DNA from: a virus
Taxonomy: Duplodnaviria; Caudoviricetes
IMG/VR virus record: IMGVR_UViG_3300045107_000189
Coordinates: 1-52,491 of that record
Strand: one strand, 5' to 3'
DNA: 52,491 bases
Notes under the pieces: model-generated
What the model saw: the letters and a program-made list of their open reading frames with translations, nothing else
Databases searched by the model: none
What the model was told of the DNA's origin: nothing
Shown: positions 25,588 through 33,717 of the stretch, one piece after another
Layout: the number at the start of each line of letters is the position of its first letter
Numbering within the stretch: the first letter of the stretch is position 1
Made by a program: the position numbers and the translations under genes

Positions 25588-26217
25588 CTACTCGACGGTG
25601 AACACGAGAACGACGTTCACGTTGCCGATGTTAGAGTTCGTCGTCTGATCGACCTTCAGGCCCTCGCCCTCGCGCAGCACGAGCGGCTGACACTCGTTCA
25701 GGTTCCAGCCAGCGACGTGGTTGAGCTGCGACGCAAGTGCGGCGTACGCGTTCGTCTCTTCAGAGCTGCCGTTCACGTACAGCAGCGTCGCAGCGGTCGC
25801 CGCTCCCCCGGTGGGCTTCGTGCCGGCGGTGACCTGCGAAGGCAGTGCACTGTTCGCAGAGTCGAAAGTCGCGGGCGTGATGCCTGTGCCGCCGCTCCCG
25901 ACCGAGCTCGTACGGATGATCTCGTAGGTCTGGCCGACGCCGGACACCGCCGCGAGCGCCGGGATGATCAGAACCGCTTGGACCTTCAGGGTGACGCCCG
26001 AGCCGGGGGCGTTGAAGAGGTCGACGAGCGTCGTGCGAGCAGCGGCGACGTGCGCCGTGTTGCCCGTGGAAGCGACCCACGTCGGCTTCGTACGCTGGAT
26101 GTACCCGGACTCGTCGGCCGGGACGAAGAGCTGCAGCTTCTTCGACGCGACGAGGTGCGTGGCGACGCTCTCGCCAGCTCCCGGCGTGACCGCGATGCTG
26201 TCGTTCGCGCGCGGCAC
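25588..26217 (-). CDS. Putative virion appendage protein (209 aa)
   Basis: Beta-rich, C-terminal PLVLREGEGL; in the operon. Confidence 0.7.
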   Translation of the reverse strand: MPRANDSIAVTPGAGESVATHLVASKKLQLFVPADESGYIQRTKPTWVASTGNTAHVAAARTTLVDLFNAPGSGVTLKVQAVLIIPALAAVSGVGQTYEIIRTSSVGSGGTGITPATFDSANSALPSQVTAGTKPTGGAATAATLLYVNGSSEETNAYAALASQLNHVAGWNLNECQPLVLREGEGLKVDQTTNSNIGNVNVVLVFTVE

Positions 26218-26218
26218 G

Positions 26219-26752
26219 TCAGGTCACGCTCGTGACGGGCAGCGCGCCGCCGGTCGTGCCGACGTTCTTCGTGTACGCCGCCGTCGTGCCGTCCGGCTTG
26301 TACACCGTCTGGACGTTCCCCGCGATCGACCACTCCGTGTGGCACGGATCGGCGCGGAGGTACTCGGTGCCCGTGACCAGGCCGTGCGCGATGTGCGCCG
26401 GCGAGAACTGGATCACCGGGCCGCGGAACGGCAGCACGCCGGTGATGCGGCCCGAGATCCAGCCGAAGCCGGCGGCATTGTTGTTCGGGCCGCCGCCGCC
26501 GGATGCGGGCAGCTCGATCGTGTACATGCCGTCGCCCAGGTGCGCCCAGTCGTAGACGCCCGCCGTCGTCGGCACGATCGGCGTGGACGTGATCACGCCG
26601 GCGGGCGTGACGAAGTTCCAGCGCAGATCCATGCCGGCCGCGTTGTACGCGATCGCGTCCTCGACGGTCTTGAAGTCCGTGTCGTCGAGGAGCGGCAGGA
26701 GGTTCACGGGCAGCAGCACCGCCGTGTCGACCACCATGATGATGTCGGCCAT
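26219..26752 (-). CDS. Putative virion appendage hub protein (177 aa)
   Basis: GGAG RBS; GDGMYTIELP motif; C-terminal TVYKPDGTT. Confidence 0.7.
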   Translation of the reverse strand: MADIIMVVDTAVLLPVNLLPLLDDTDFKTVEDAIAYNAAGMDLRWNFVTPAGVITSTPIVPTTAGVYDWAHLGDGMYTIELPASGGGGPNNNAAGFGWISGRITGVLPFRGPVIQFSPAHIAHGLVTGTEYLRADPCHTEWSIAGNVQTVYKPDGTTAAYTKNVGTTGGALPVTSVT

Positions 26753-26763
26753 GAGATCTCCTG

Positions 26764-27450
26764 CTACTGCTGTGCGTAGGCGTAGGCGGGCTTGCCGCCA
26801 GGACCGCCGCCCGCGGCCGGAATGATCGCGAAGGACAGCACCGAACCGTTCACGCCGGTCGACCAGGACCAATCCGTCGAGGTGCTATCGGCGACGCCAA
26901 CCTTCTTCGCGATGCCAGCGCGCATCCCCGGCAGGTATCCATCTCTCTGATCGAGGATCGTGCCGCCGGGGAACGACAGGGTCTGCCCCGCGACGTTCAG
27001 CGCCGCGATCGAGATCACGAGGTCACCGAGGGCGCTGAGCGGCGACGCCGACATGGAAGTGAACGGACTTGGCGCGTTCGCGCCGCTTGCGGTGCGATTG
27101 AACGTCGTCGTGTCGCAGTCAACGACGCCTAGGACGTACAGCACGCCTTGCGTGAGTGAGCCGGTGCCCGCGGTGAGCTGGAATAAGACATCGCCTTCCT
27201 TCTGCGCTGGATTCAGCAGGCGGAGTGCTCGCACGCCGTTGCCGGTGTTCTGGCGCTGCAGAGGGTTGATCTGGGAGAACGCCTGATTGACCCCCGTCGG
27301 ATCGAACGCGGCGCCGAAGTCCCAACCGTTGTCCGAGTCGTCGAAGGCCGCGGCCGCGACGAGAGCGCTGTATCCCGTTGCGTTGATCGGAATCGCGTCG
27401 ATGCCGCCGTCGATCGCGAACGCGTTCAGATAAAAGGCGTCGAGCGCCAT
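26764..27450 (-). CDS. Putative adhesin-like beta-sandwich protein (228 aa)
   Basis: Beta-rich, Gly linker and short C-terminal YAYAQQ tail. Confidence 0.7.
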   Translation of the reverse strand: MALDAFYLNAFAIDGGIDAIPINATGYSALVAAAAFDDSDNGWDFGAAFDPTGVNQAFSQINPLQRQNTGNGVRALRLLNPAQKEGDVLFQLTAGTGSLTQGVLYVLGVVDCDTTTFNRTASGANAPSPFTSMSASPLSALGDLVISIAALNVAGQTLSFPGGTILDQRDGYLPGMRAGIAKKVGVADSTSTDWSWSTGVNGSVLSFAIIPAAGGGPGGKPAYAYAQQ

Positions 27451-27481
27451 TACGAGACCTCACGACCGGAGGATGTTCCGC

Positions 27482-28663
27482 TCACGCGTACTGCCCAATT
27501 CGGAGCGCCGTGAGATCCTCGCGCACATACTGCAGATACTTCCCTGACTTCGCGCCCGTGTAGATGCCGTCGCGTTTGAGGGCCGTGATCGAGTTCGGCG
27601 CGTGCGCCGTGAAGATCTGGAGCACTCGCCACGGACGAGTGGTCGTCGTGTGGCTTCGCTGGAACGACGACTCGGTCGTCAGGCACAGCCGTGTGTTCGA
27701 CACGTCGGCGTAGACCGACGCGAGGTAGCAGTAGAACGGGTCGGGATACTCCGCCGACGCGGACTCCGTGCCCGGCGCCTCGTCGAAAGCGATGATCCGC
27801 ATGTTCGGCGACTGCGTTTGCCACCGCAGCGAGAACGGCATCGCGAGACGCCCGTTCTGCGTGTGATGGAACTGCATCGTCACCCCGCCCGAGCCGGGGA
27901 TGTACTCGTACTCGTCATTGAGCCAGACGTTCTCGATCGGCGAGAACTGGATCGGTCCGGTCGGATCGGGCGCGCCGTATTGGCCTGGGTAGTAGACCTC
28001 AGGGCCGCTTGGCGTGACGTTCCTGTATCGCGGGTTCCCGCTTCCTGCCGCCCCTTCGTTCGGCTCGTTCCACCACGCGCCGCCGGTGTAGTAGGACCCT
28101 GTCGGCTCCCAGAGGCGCATGGCCTTGAAGTTCACGAGCCCGGATTTCCCGACGTAGCTCCATCCGTACATGCGCACAAACTGAACGAAGATCGGAGGGG
28201 TCCCCGAGGTTGCGACCGCTTCGCCGAGCCCGTTGGTCGAGGTCTCAAGCCATGCTTGGCGACCGACGCCAGGCGTGCGGAAGTCGTAGCGCAGTGCCTG
28301 CGAGATCCCGGCCAGGGCCGTCGGCGGCGCGACCAGCGAGCCATTCAGCGTCGAGTCCCAGGCGGTCTTGGTTCCCAGCGACGTCGGGTTCTTCTGGACG
28401 TTGAAGTCGGCCCAGTAGACCGGCTTCGCCGCGCCGTTCTTCGTCCCGAAGCGATTGGAGCCCGACGTGTCGGTGATCGTGACCGTGCCGTCGCCGTTGT
28501 CGACGTACGTGAAGCCGGCCTCCGGAACGAAGCCCTCCCCGCCCCCTCCTCCGCCGCCATTCTTCGTCAGGGTGGCTGACTGCGGCGCGTGGGTGTAGGA
28601 CGCTGGGCCCGCGGCGAGCTGCCGCGCATTCGACGGAAACCCGACACGAATCCCGCGGGCCAT
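27482..28663 (-). CDS. Putative lectin/jelly-roll receptor-binding protein (393 aa)
   Basis: One scaffold-type repeat, poly-Gly linker, then an aromatic-rich beta domain. Confidence 0.75.
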   Translation of the reverse strand: MARGIRVGFPSNARQLAAGPASYTHAPQSATLTKNGGGGGGGEGFVPEAGFTYVDNGDGTVTITDTSGSNRFGTKNGAAKPVYWADFNVQKNPTSLGTKTAWDSTLNGSLVAPPTALAGISQALRYDFRTPGVGRQAWLETSTNGLGEAVATSGTPPIFVQFVRMYGWSYVGKSGLVNFKAMRLWEPTGSYYTGGAWWNEPNEGAAGSGNPRYRNVTPSGPEVYYPGQYGAPDPTGPIQFSPIENVWLNDEYEYIPGSGGVTMQFHHTQNGRLAMPFSLRWQTQSPNMRIIAFDEAPGTESASAEYPDPFYCYLASVYADVSNTRLCLTTESSFQRSHTTTTRPWRVLQIFTAHAPNSITALKRDGIYTGAKSGKYLQYVREDLTALRIGQYA

Positions 28664-28670
28664 GGCTACC

Positions 28671-28988
28671 TCAGACGAGCGACTCGCGGGGCGGGATCTT
28701 CCCGAGCGCCCCGGCGATCTCCTTGATCTCCTTCTTCAGCGTGAGCCAGTTCGGCCCCCAGCCCTTCTCGATCGCGAGCGCGAGATCGAACTGCTTCTTG
28801 CGCAGCTCCTCGATCTGCTCGTTCACCTTCGCGAGCTCGTCCTCGAGCGGCTGCACCTGGCGGTACACCTCGTCGCGCAGGTCGCAGAGGGCGTAGTAGT
28901 GCTTCGCCTGCTCGTTGCGGTACGCGCGCTGACGTTCGACGGCGGCGTCGATCTGCTGCGCGATCGTCGGCGTGTTCTCATTGCTCAT
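28671..28988 (-). CDS. Coiled-coil protein (105 aa)
   Basis: GAGGA RBS, heptad pattern, GC3-biased codons. Confidence 0.75.
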   Translation of the reverse strand: MSNENTPTIAQQIDAAVERQRAYRNEQAKHYYALCDLRDEVYRQVQPLEDELAKVNEQIEELRKKQFDLALAIEKGWGPNWLTLKKEIKEIAGALGKIPPRESLV

Positions 28989-29019
28989 GGGCGGTCCTCG
29001 AGAGGAGTTGCGGCGGCGA

Positions 29020-29448
29020 TCAGGTCAGCGTCCAGACGCTCGCGCCGTTGTCGATCGTGAACACCTCGGTGTCGGCGAGTGCTAGCGACGACCCGTAGTC
29101 CCACGCGCACACGAGCGGATCCACCACCGGCGTCGTCGGCGTGTCGTTGTACAGAGCGACCGTGCGGAACGGGTTCATGCCCGCGGCGGCGGTGAACACC
29201 TCGTCGGCGATCGCCAGCGAAGCGATACCGCCGGTCTCGGTGAGCGCGACCGAGTCGCACGCGAGCCCGCCGCCGGCGCCGCCCGTGTAGCCGCCGCCGC
29301 TCGCGATCTGCGAGATGTCAGCGAGCACGGCGTGCGCGGCGTTCGGCGCGACGTTCGAGAACGCGTACTTGAACGTGTGCGCGTGCCACTGGTGCGTACC
29401 GCGCGCGAGCTGCTCGACGTAGTCGTTGTACTTGACGGCTGCGACCAT
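29020..29448 (-). CDS. Putative fibre/filament subunit (142 aa)
   Basis: FKYAFSN..P...LADISQI..GGGYTGG...LYNDT...PLVCAWDYG..L.L...E.FTI pattern of small phage structural proteins. Confidence 0.75.
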   Translation of the reverse strand: MVAAVKYNDYVEQLARGTHQWHAHTFKYAFSNVAPNAAHAVLADISQIASGGGYTGGAGGGLACDSVALTETGGIASLAIADEVFTAAAGMNPFRTVALYNDTPTTPVVDPLVCAWDYGSSLALADTEVFTIDNGASVWTLT

Positions 29449-29472
29449 GGAGCGTCTCCGTGAGGATGAGGA

Positions 29473-29700
29473 TCAGCGCGCGCGGATCGCGTGCGGCAGG
29501 TGGATGAGGTCCTGCAGGCCCGCCGCCTGCAGTCGAACGCCGTGCGCCTGGACGACCGGCTTGCCCATGATCGGGTTGCCGTTGTCATCGACCCACGCGA
29601 CATCCAGGAACGTGCCGTCGTGCGCGCGGATCGAGAGGGCGTGCCCATTCGTGCGCACCTCCGCGACGGTCTTGCCGCGGAGGCGCATCGTCAGGTCCAT
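29473..29700 (-). CDS. Hypothetical protein (75 aa)
   Basis: MDLTMRLRGK...; first gene of the module. Confidence 0.55.
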   Translation of the reverse strand: MDLTMRLRGKTVAEVRTNGHALSIRAHDGTFLDVAWVDDNGNPIMGKPVVQAHGVRLQAAGLQDLIHLPHAIRAR

Positions 29701-29714
29701 TCGGGATTTACCTG

Positions 29715-29789
29715 TGTCGGCGGGGTTTACAGCCCGCGGGACGAGTGCTGGTAAGTCTCTGAAGCGAAACGGTGCGCACGTTTCGTGCA
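29715..29789 (+). promoter_or_regulatory. Possible enhancer plus degenerate sigma54-like site
   Basis: TGT-N11-ACA (29715-29731) and GCGCACG-N4-GTGCA (29774-29789; the -24 GG reads CG). Confidence 0.3.
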
Positions 29790-29831
29790 TGGGGACCGGC
29801 AAGAGCCGGAACACCGGCCAGGGAGGCCAAC

Positions 29832-30470
29832 ATGCGTCGAGTCATCGTGGCAGCCGCGCTGCTGCTCGCCTGCGTGCCCGTGCAGGCCGCTCCGATCAAG
29901 TACGCGTTCTCCGGGGTGATCGACACCGGATCCGCCGCGTTCCTCACGTACCCCGATTCCTTCCCGCTCGCGCTTGGCGATCGCTTCGACGGGACCGTGA
30001 CCTACGACACCGAGAACGCCGGAGCGATTGGCGGCGTTACGTGGCTCTTCGCGGTCGGATTCGAGATCAGCGTTCCGGGCAAGCTGGCGGTATCGCAGTC
30101 GATCACCAGCGCGGCCACGACGTTCCGCTACGGGGTAGACGGAAACGAGGCGTCGATCTACACGAATGGCCCCACGCAGTCGAAGTTGCCAGATGGGTTC
30201 CTCGACGACGTGTACCTGACGTTCCGCCTGCCGAGCACGCACAGCGCCGGGCCGCTTCCAGATGATCCGATGCTCGATGCCATCGGCACTGGCCAGCTGC
30301 GGCTTTGGTTCCTGTCGATCGACATCCCGCCCTGCACCCCTGCATGCTCCGGCTACTCGTCGGTCTTCGGCACCGTCACGAGCGTCACGCGTGTTCCGGA
30401 GCCGGCGACGCTAAGCCTTCTCGCACTCGGGCTCGGCATCGTAGTACTACGTCGGCGCCGCGTTCGATGA
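29832..30470 (+). CDS. PEP-CTERM sorting-domain protein
   Basis: Signal peptide (VQA-AP), C-terminal VPEPATLSLLALGLGIVVLRRRRVR, GGAGG RBS. Confidence 0.93.
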   Translation: MRRVIVAAALLLACVPVQAAPIKYAFSGVIDTGSAAFLTYPDSFPLALGDRFDGTVTYDTENAGAIGGVTWLFAVGFEISVPGKLAVSQSITSAATTFRYGVDGNEASIYTNGPTQSKLPDGFLDDVYLTFRLPSTHSAGPLPDDPMLDAIGTGQLRLWFLSIDIPPCTPACSGYSSVFGTVTSVTRVPEPATLSLLALGLGIVVLRRRRVR

Positions 30471-30958
30471 GCGAGGAGTCTGTACCGCTGGCCGAGTACT
30501 GCACAGCGATTGGCACAGTTCTGCACAACGCGACGACCGCGGAGTTCTTCCTGTTCGCCGCATTCTGGCGCCTCGCTGGCTGCAACGTGCACATCGCTCG
30601 AGCGATCTTCTTCGCTTCGGAGTCGCTCCACGCGAAGCGGCACTTGCTCCATCGTCTTTGCACCGTCGTGGGAGACGACGAGGACAGAGCGATCATCGAC
30701 GATATCGCGAAACACGTTCAGCGCGCGAACAACTTGCGCAGCGACGTTGCTCACGCCATCCGAACCGCTGGAGAAGACCCGGACGGTCCATCCACGCGGT
30801 CCAACGCACGCCAACTTGAACAGCCACACCGGCCAATCACTCGTGCCTACTTGGGCTCTCTCGTCGATGGCACGGCCGACGCCGGCTTCCGGGCGTCACA
30901 GGCTTGGGAACGCCTCTGCAAGAAGCGCGGCTTATCCCCAGGGTTGCCGAGCTTCTAG
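30467..30958 (+). CDS. Helical protein with HEPN-like Rx4H motif (163 aa)
   Basis: NNLRSDVAH motif; ATGA coupling to the PEP-CTERM gene; weaker GC3 bias. Confidence 0.6.
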   Translation: MSEESVPLAEYCTAIGTVLHNATTAEFFLFAAFWRLAGCNVHIARAIFFASESLHAKRHLLHRLCTVVGDDEDRAIIDDIAKHVQRANNLRSDVAHAIRTAGEDPDGPSTRSNARQLEQPHRPITRAYLGSLVDGTADAGFRASQAWERLCKKRGLSPGLPSF

Positions 30959-30974
30959 CGCGAAGCTTCAGCGC

Positions 30975-31003
30975 GAAGAAAGCGCGCGGGCTCGCGCCCG
31001 CGC
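30975..31003 (-). terminator. Candidate tR'-like terminator
   Basis: GCGCGGGC-GCGA-GCCCGCGC followed by GCTTTCTTC on the minus strand. Confidence 0.45.
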
Positions 31004-31330
31004 TGAGGTAGGCGCGGCGCGCTAGGGAAGCGCGGCGCTGCCGTAGAACGGTCAGGGGCCCCGTAGCGCCGGGCGCGCCGCGCACGCGGCCGCGCGGCGG
31101 AGGTTCTCCGCGCGCAGGCCGCGATAGTCGCCGGGTGGGTACACGGGGCGCAGCAACTCGCGAAGGATCGCCTGCGCGGCCTCGCTCGACGGCGAGCGGA
31201 CGTGGGGCAGACGAATCACATGCGCGCTCCAGAAACGACGACGCCGGCGCGGGGCCGGCGTGCGTGGACACGAAGACGAGCTTGCCTGTGATCGCGACTC
31301 TAAGGGCTTCGCAACGGGGCTGCACGACAA

Positions 31331-31370
31331 GAATCCTCAGGATTCCTCGGGCGAGTTATCCGTAGGATTC
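31331..31370. promoter_or_regulatory. Palindromic sites at the likely late promoter
   Basis: GAATCCT-C-AGGATTC (31331-31345) and a degenerate copy TTATCCGTAGGATTC (31356-31370). Confidence 0.5.
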
Positions 31371-31778
31371 TTCGGCCGCGGAGCCGGCCCGCAGCAGCCC
31401 TTTCAGGTGACCGCGCGCCTCGGCAAGCGTCTCGCGGAACCGTGCCTCCGACCAGCGCACGGCGTCGAGCTTCGGCTGGATCTTCCCGGGCACGACGTAC
31501 CAGAGGTCGATCGCGACGCGCTCGGGCTCGTCGAGAGACTTGAAGGCCAGATTCACCTCGAGGAGCGAGCCGGGGTAGACCTCGGGGAAGTGCTGGCCGC
31601 CGCGCGACCCGCCCCCGGCCGCGACGCGCAGCTCCTTCACCACGCCCAGCGTGCTGACCATTCGGCCGAGGTAGTCGTCCGGCAGCTTCGGGTGCGCGAA
31701 GCCCATGACCTCGCGCCGCACTCGCGCCCACGGCTCGAGCAGCCCATCCAAGGAATGCTGGCGACGACGTCGGCTCAC
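31356..31778 (-). CDS. Late regulator / antiterminator Q-like
   Basis: L..LLEPWA N-terminus, C-terminal sigma-region-4-like HTH; last early gene. Confidence 0.6.
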   Translation of the reverse strand: MSRRRRQHSLDGLLEPWARVRREVMGFAHPKLPDDYLGRMVSTLGVVKELRVAAGGGSRGGQHFPEVYPGSLLEVNLAFKSLDEPERVAIDLWYVVPGKIQPKLDAVRWSEARFRETLAEARGHLKGLLRAGSAAEESYG

Positions 31779-32212
31779 CTCAGGTCCTCTCGCGTCAGAA
31801 GGTGGATTTCGATGCCGTAGAGGCGCTCGACGGTCGCGATCTTCGTGCGCGACGTGTCGGTCAGCACGCCCTTCACGTCCTCCCATCGGATAGTCCAGTC
31901 GAGCTGGCACACGCCGAAGTCGACGACGTATCGCACGCGCGGTGCGATCCAGAACGGCACCTGGCGGAGGACGTAGCGGATCTGGCCGGCCGCCTGGAGC
32001 AGCTGCAGCTGCCCGTAGCGGCGCGCCTCGAGCTTCGAGTCGAAACGCCATCCGTCGACGATGATGGCCTTCGCGGAGTACTTCGATGTCGCGCGCGAGC
32101 CCGCCGCCTCGGGCATCAGGGAGCGCCGCGGCGGCTCGGCCGCGAGTTTCTGCCGGATCTGCTGCACCATCGCAGGCGGGAGATCCGCGAGGCTCGCGCC
32201 GCGGCGGCTCAC
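31775..32212 (-). CDS. DUF1064 family PD-(D/E)XK nuclease
   Basis: SKY.AK...VDG.RFDSK.EA.RY...Y.VDF...EDVKG. Confidence 0.88.
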   Translation of the reverse strand: MSRRGASLADLPPAMVQQIRQKLAAEPPRRSLMPEAAGSRATSKYSAKAIIVDGWRFDSKLEARRYGQLQLLQAAGQIRYVLRQVPFWIAPRVRYVVDFGVCQLDWTIRWEDVKGVLTDTSRTKIATVERLYGIEIHLLTREDLR

Positions 32213-32445
32213 AGGAGGACCGCCTGCTCGCCGCGCGCAGCGTTCGCACTCTCGCTCCGCGCATCGCGATCCGCGCGCACGCGTGCCTCGTGGAACGTTC
32301 CGTAGCCGTCCAGCATCTCCGCGCGGCCGCGGCCCTCGCGCTTCCGCCAGGCTTCGTAGCGCACAGGCACGCCGTCCCGGTGGATGATCACCACGGTGTG
32401 CGCGCCGCCGTCCCACCAGTAGGCGTTGACCTGCGTCCACGTCAC
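32209..32445 (-). CDS. Hypothetical protein (78 aa)
   Basis: GTGA-coupled at both ends. Confidence 0.6.
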   Translation of the reverse strand: MTWTQVNAYWWDGGAHTVVIIHRDGVPVRYEAWRKREGRGRAEMLDGYGTFHEARVRADRDARSESANAARGEQAVLL

Positions 32446-32618
32446 GGCTCGGACCAGAGGGAGACCAGGAGGATCACGATCACCGCGAGCGTGACGAGGT
32501 CGCCATTCGACGTCGCCGGTGGCCGCGCGCGCGGGTAGCGGTTCTCGGTCAGGAAGCTGAGCGCGCCGATCGCGCAGGCGCCGAGAATCAGCGTGAGGAT
32601 CCACCGGATCTCCATCAT
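32442..32618 (-). CDS. Small 2-TM membrane protein
   Basis: ATGA coupling; two hydrophobic segments. Confidence 0.6.
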   Translation of the reverse strand: MMEIRWILTLILGACAIGALSFLTENRYPRARPPATSNGDLVTLAVIVILLVSLWSEP

Positions 32619-33316
32619 TCGACCGGCTCCTGCAGCTCGTCCAGCGTCGCTCTGCGCCCTTCCTCGTCGAGGACCACGGAACGGTACATCCCGAACGCAT
32701 CGCGGACGGTGAGGGTCCAGGTGCGGCGTACGCGCGCGAGTGGCTGCCCCTCGATGAGATCGCCGCCTGGCTGAAGCACGAACGACGGCTCGTCCGGCGC
32801 GGTGCCGGTGGACGGCGCGGCGTCGCGGGTCTCGTCGAGGAAGGCGTCCGAGTGCGGGGCGGGCGGCGCGAGCTCCGCGGCCGCCTTCCGGTGCTTCGCC
32901 GCGGCGATGCGCTTCCCGCAGCACACGCGGCAGACGGTCTTTCGTCCGCCGCTCGCGGTGCGCGGGAACTCGTGCATCGGGAGATCGCGCTCGCAGTCGA
33001 CGCACACCTGCGTGTCGTGCGGGATCTCGGCGCTCGCGGGCGCGGGCTCGTCTGAGGGCGCTGCGGCAGCCGCGCTCGCCGGCGCGCGCGGAGGTGGTGG
33101 CGCCGGCGGCTCCCGCAGCGGCGTGATGACGCCGGCGGCCAGCCGCCACACGCCCTCGGCGACGAGTACGCGGCCGCTGCGCTTCAGCTCGACGAGCTTC
33201 ACGCGGATCGCGTCGAGGGCGATGCGCGGGCCGAACTCGAGCTGCAGATCCGTCTCCGTCATCGGCTCGCGCGAGAGTGCCGCGAGGATGCGATCTGCGA
33301 GCGTCGGCGCGCTCAC
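32615..33316 (-). CDS. wHTH plus zinc finger protein
   Basis: N-terminal wHTH, CVDC...CRVC. Confidence 0.65.
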   Translation of the reverse strand: MSAPTLADRILAALSREPMTETDLQLEFGPRIALDAIRVKLVELKRSGRVLVAEGVWRLAAGVITPLREPPAPPPPRAPASAAAAAPSDEPAPASAEIPHDTQVCVDCERDLPMHEFPRTASGGRKTVCRVCCGKRIAAAKHRKAAAELAPPAPHSDAFLDETRDAAPSTGTAPDEPSFVLQPGGDLIEGQPLARVRRTWTLTVRDAFGMYRSVVLDEEGRRATLDELQEPVE

Positions 33317-33717
33317 GGCGCCACCCAGCGCGGCTTGGGCGACAGGTTCGTGCGGCCGACGCCGAAGTCGCGCGTGCCGTCCGCGCGCAGCGCGTGCGCG
33401 AGCCACCCGCGGTTCGCGGCGTAGCGCAGGGCCGCGCCCCATGCGCGCGGCTCCTGCGGCTTCAGCTCGAGCGGCGCGACCGCGACCGCATCCTCGACGA
33501 GGAACGGCGCACCGTTTGCCGTCTCGCGCCCGAAGCGGCGCAGGAACTCGGCCGCCAGGTGCGTCCACTCGCCGAGCGACCGCTCCGCGCGCTCGCCGGC
33601 GCGCAGGATGGCCGCGTCACGACGATCGGCCGCGGCTTCCGAGCGCGGCCGCTTCGGCTTCGTCGGCGCCGACGTGCGGCCGACGCTCAGCCAGTCCACT
33701 TGGCCTTCGCTGCTCAC
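33313..33717 (-). CDS. Hypothetical phage protein (134 aa)
   Basis: F..ED...P.EPRAWGA motif; GTGA coupling. Confidence 0.65.
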   Translation of the reverse strand: MSSEGQVDWLSVGRTSAPTKPKRPRSEAAADRRDAAILRAGERAERSLGEWTHLAAEFLRRFGRETANGAPFLVEDAVAVAPLELKPQEPRAWGAALRYAANRGWLAHALRADGTRDFGVGRTNLSPKPRWVAP

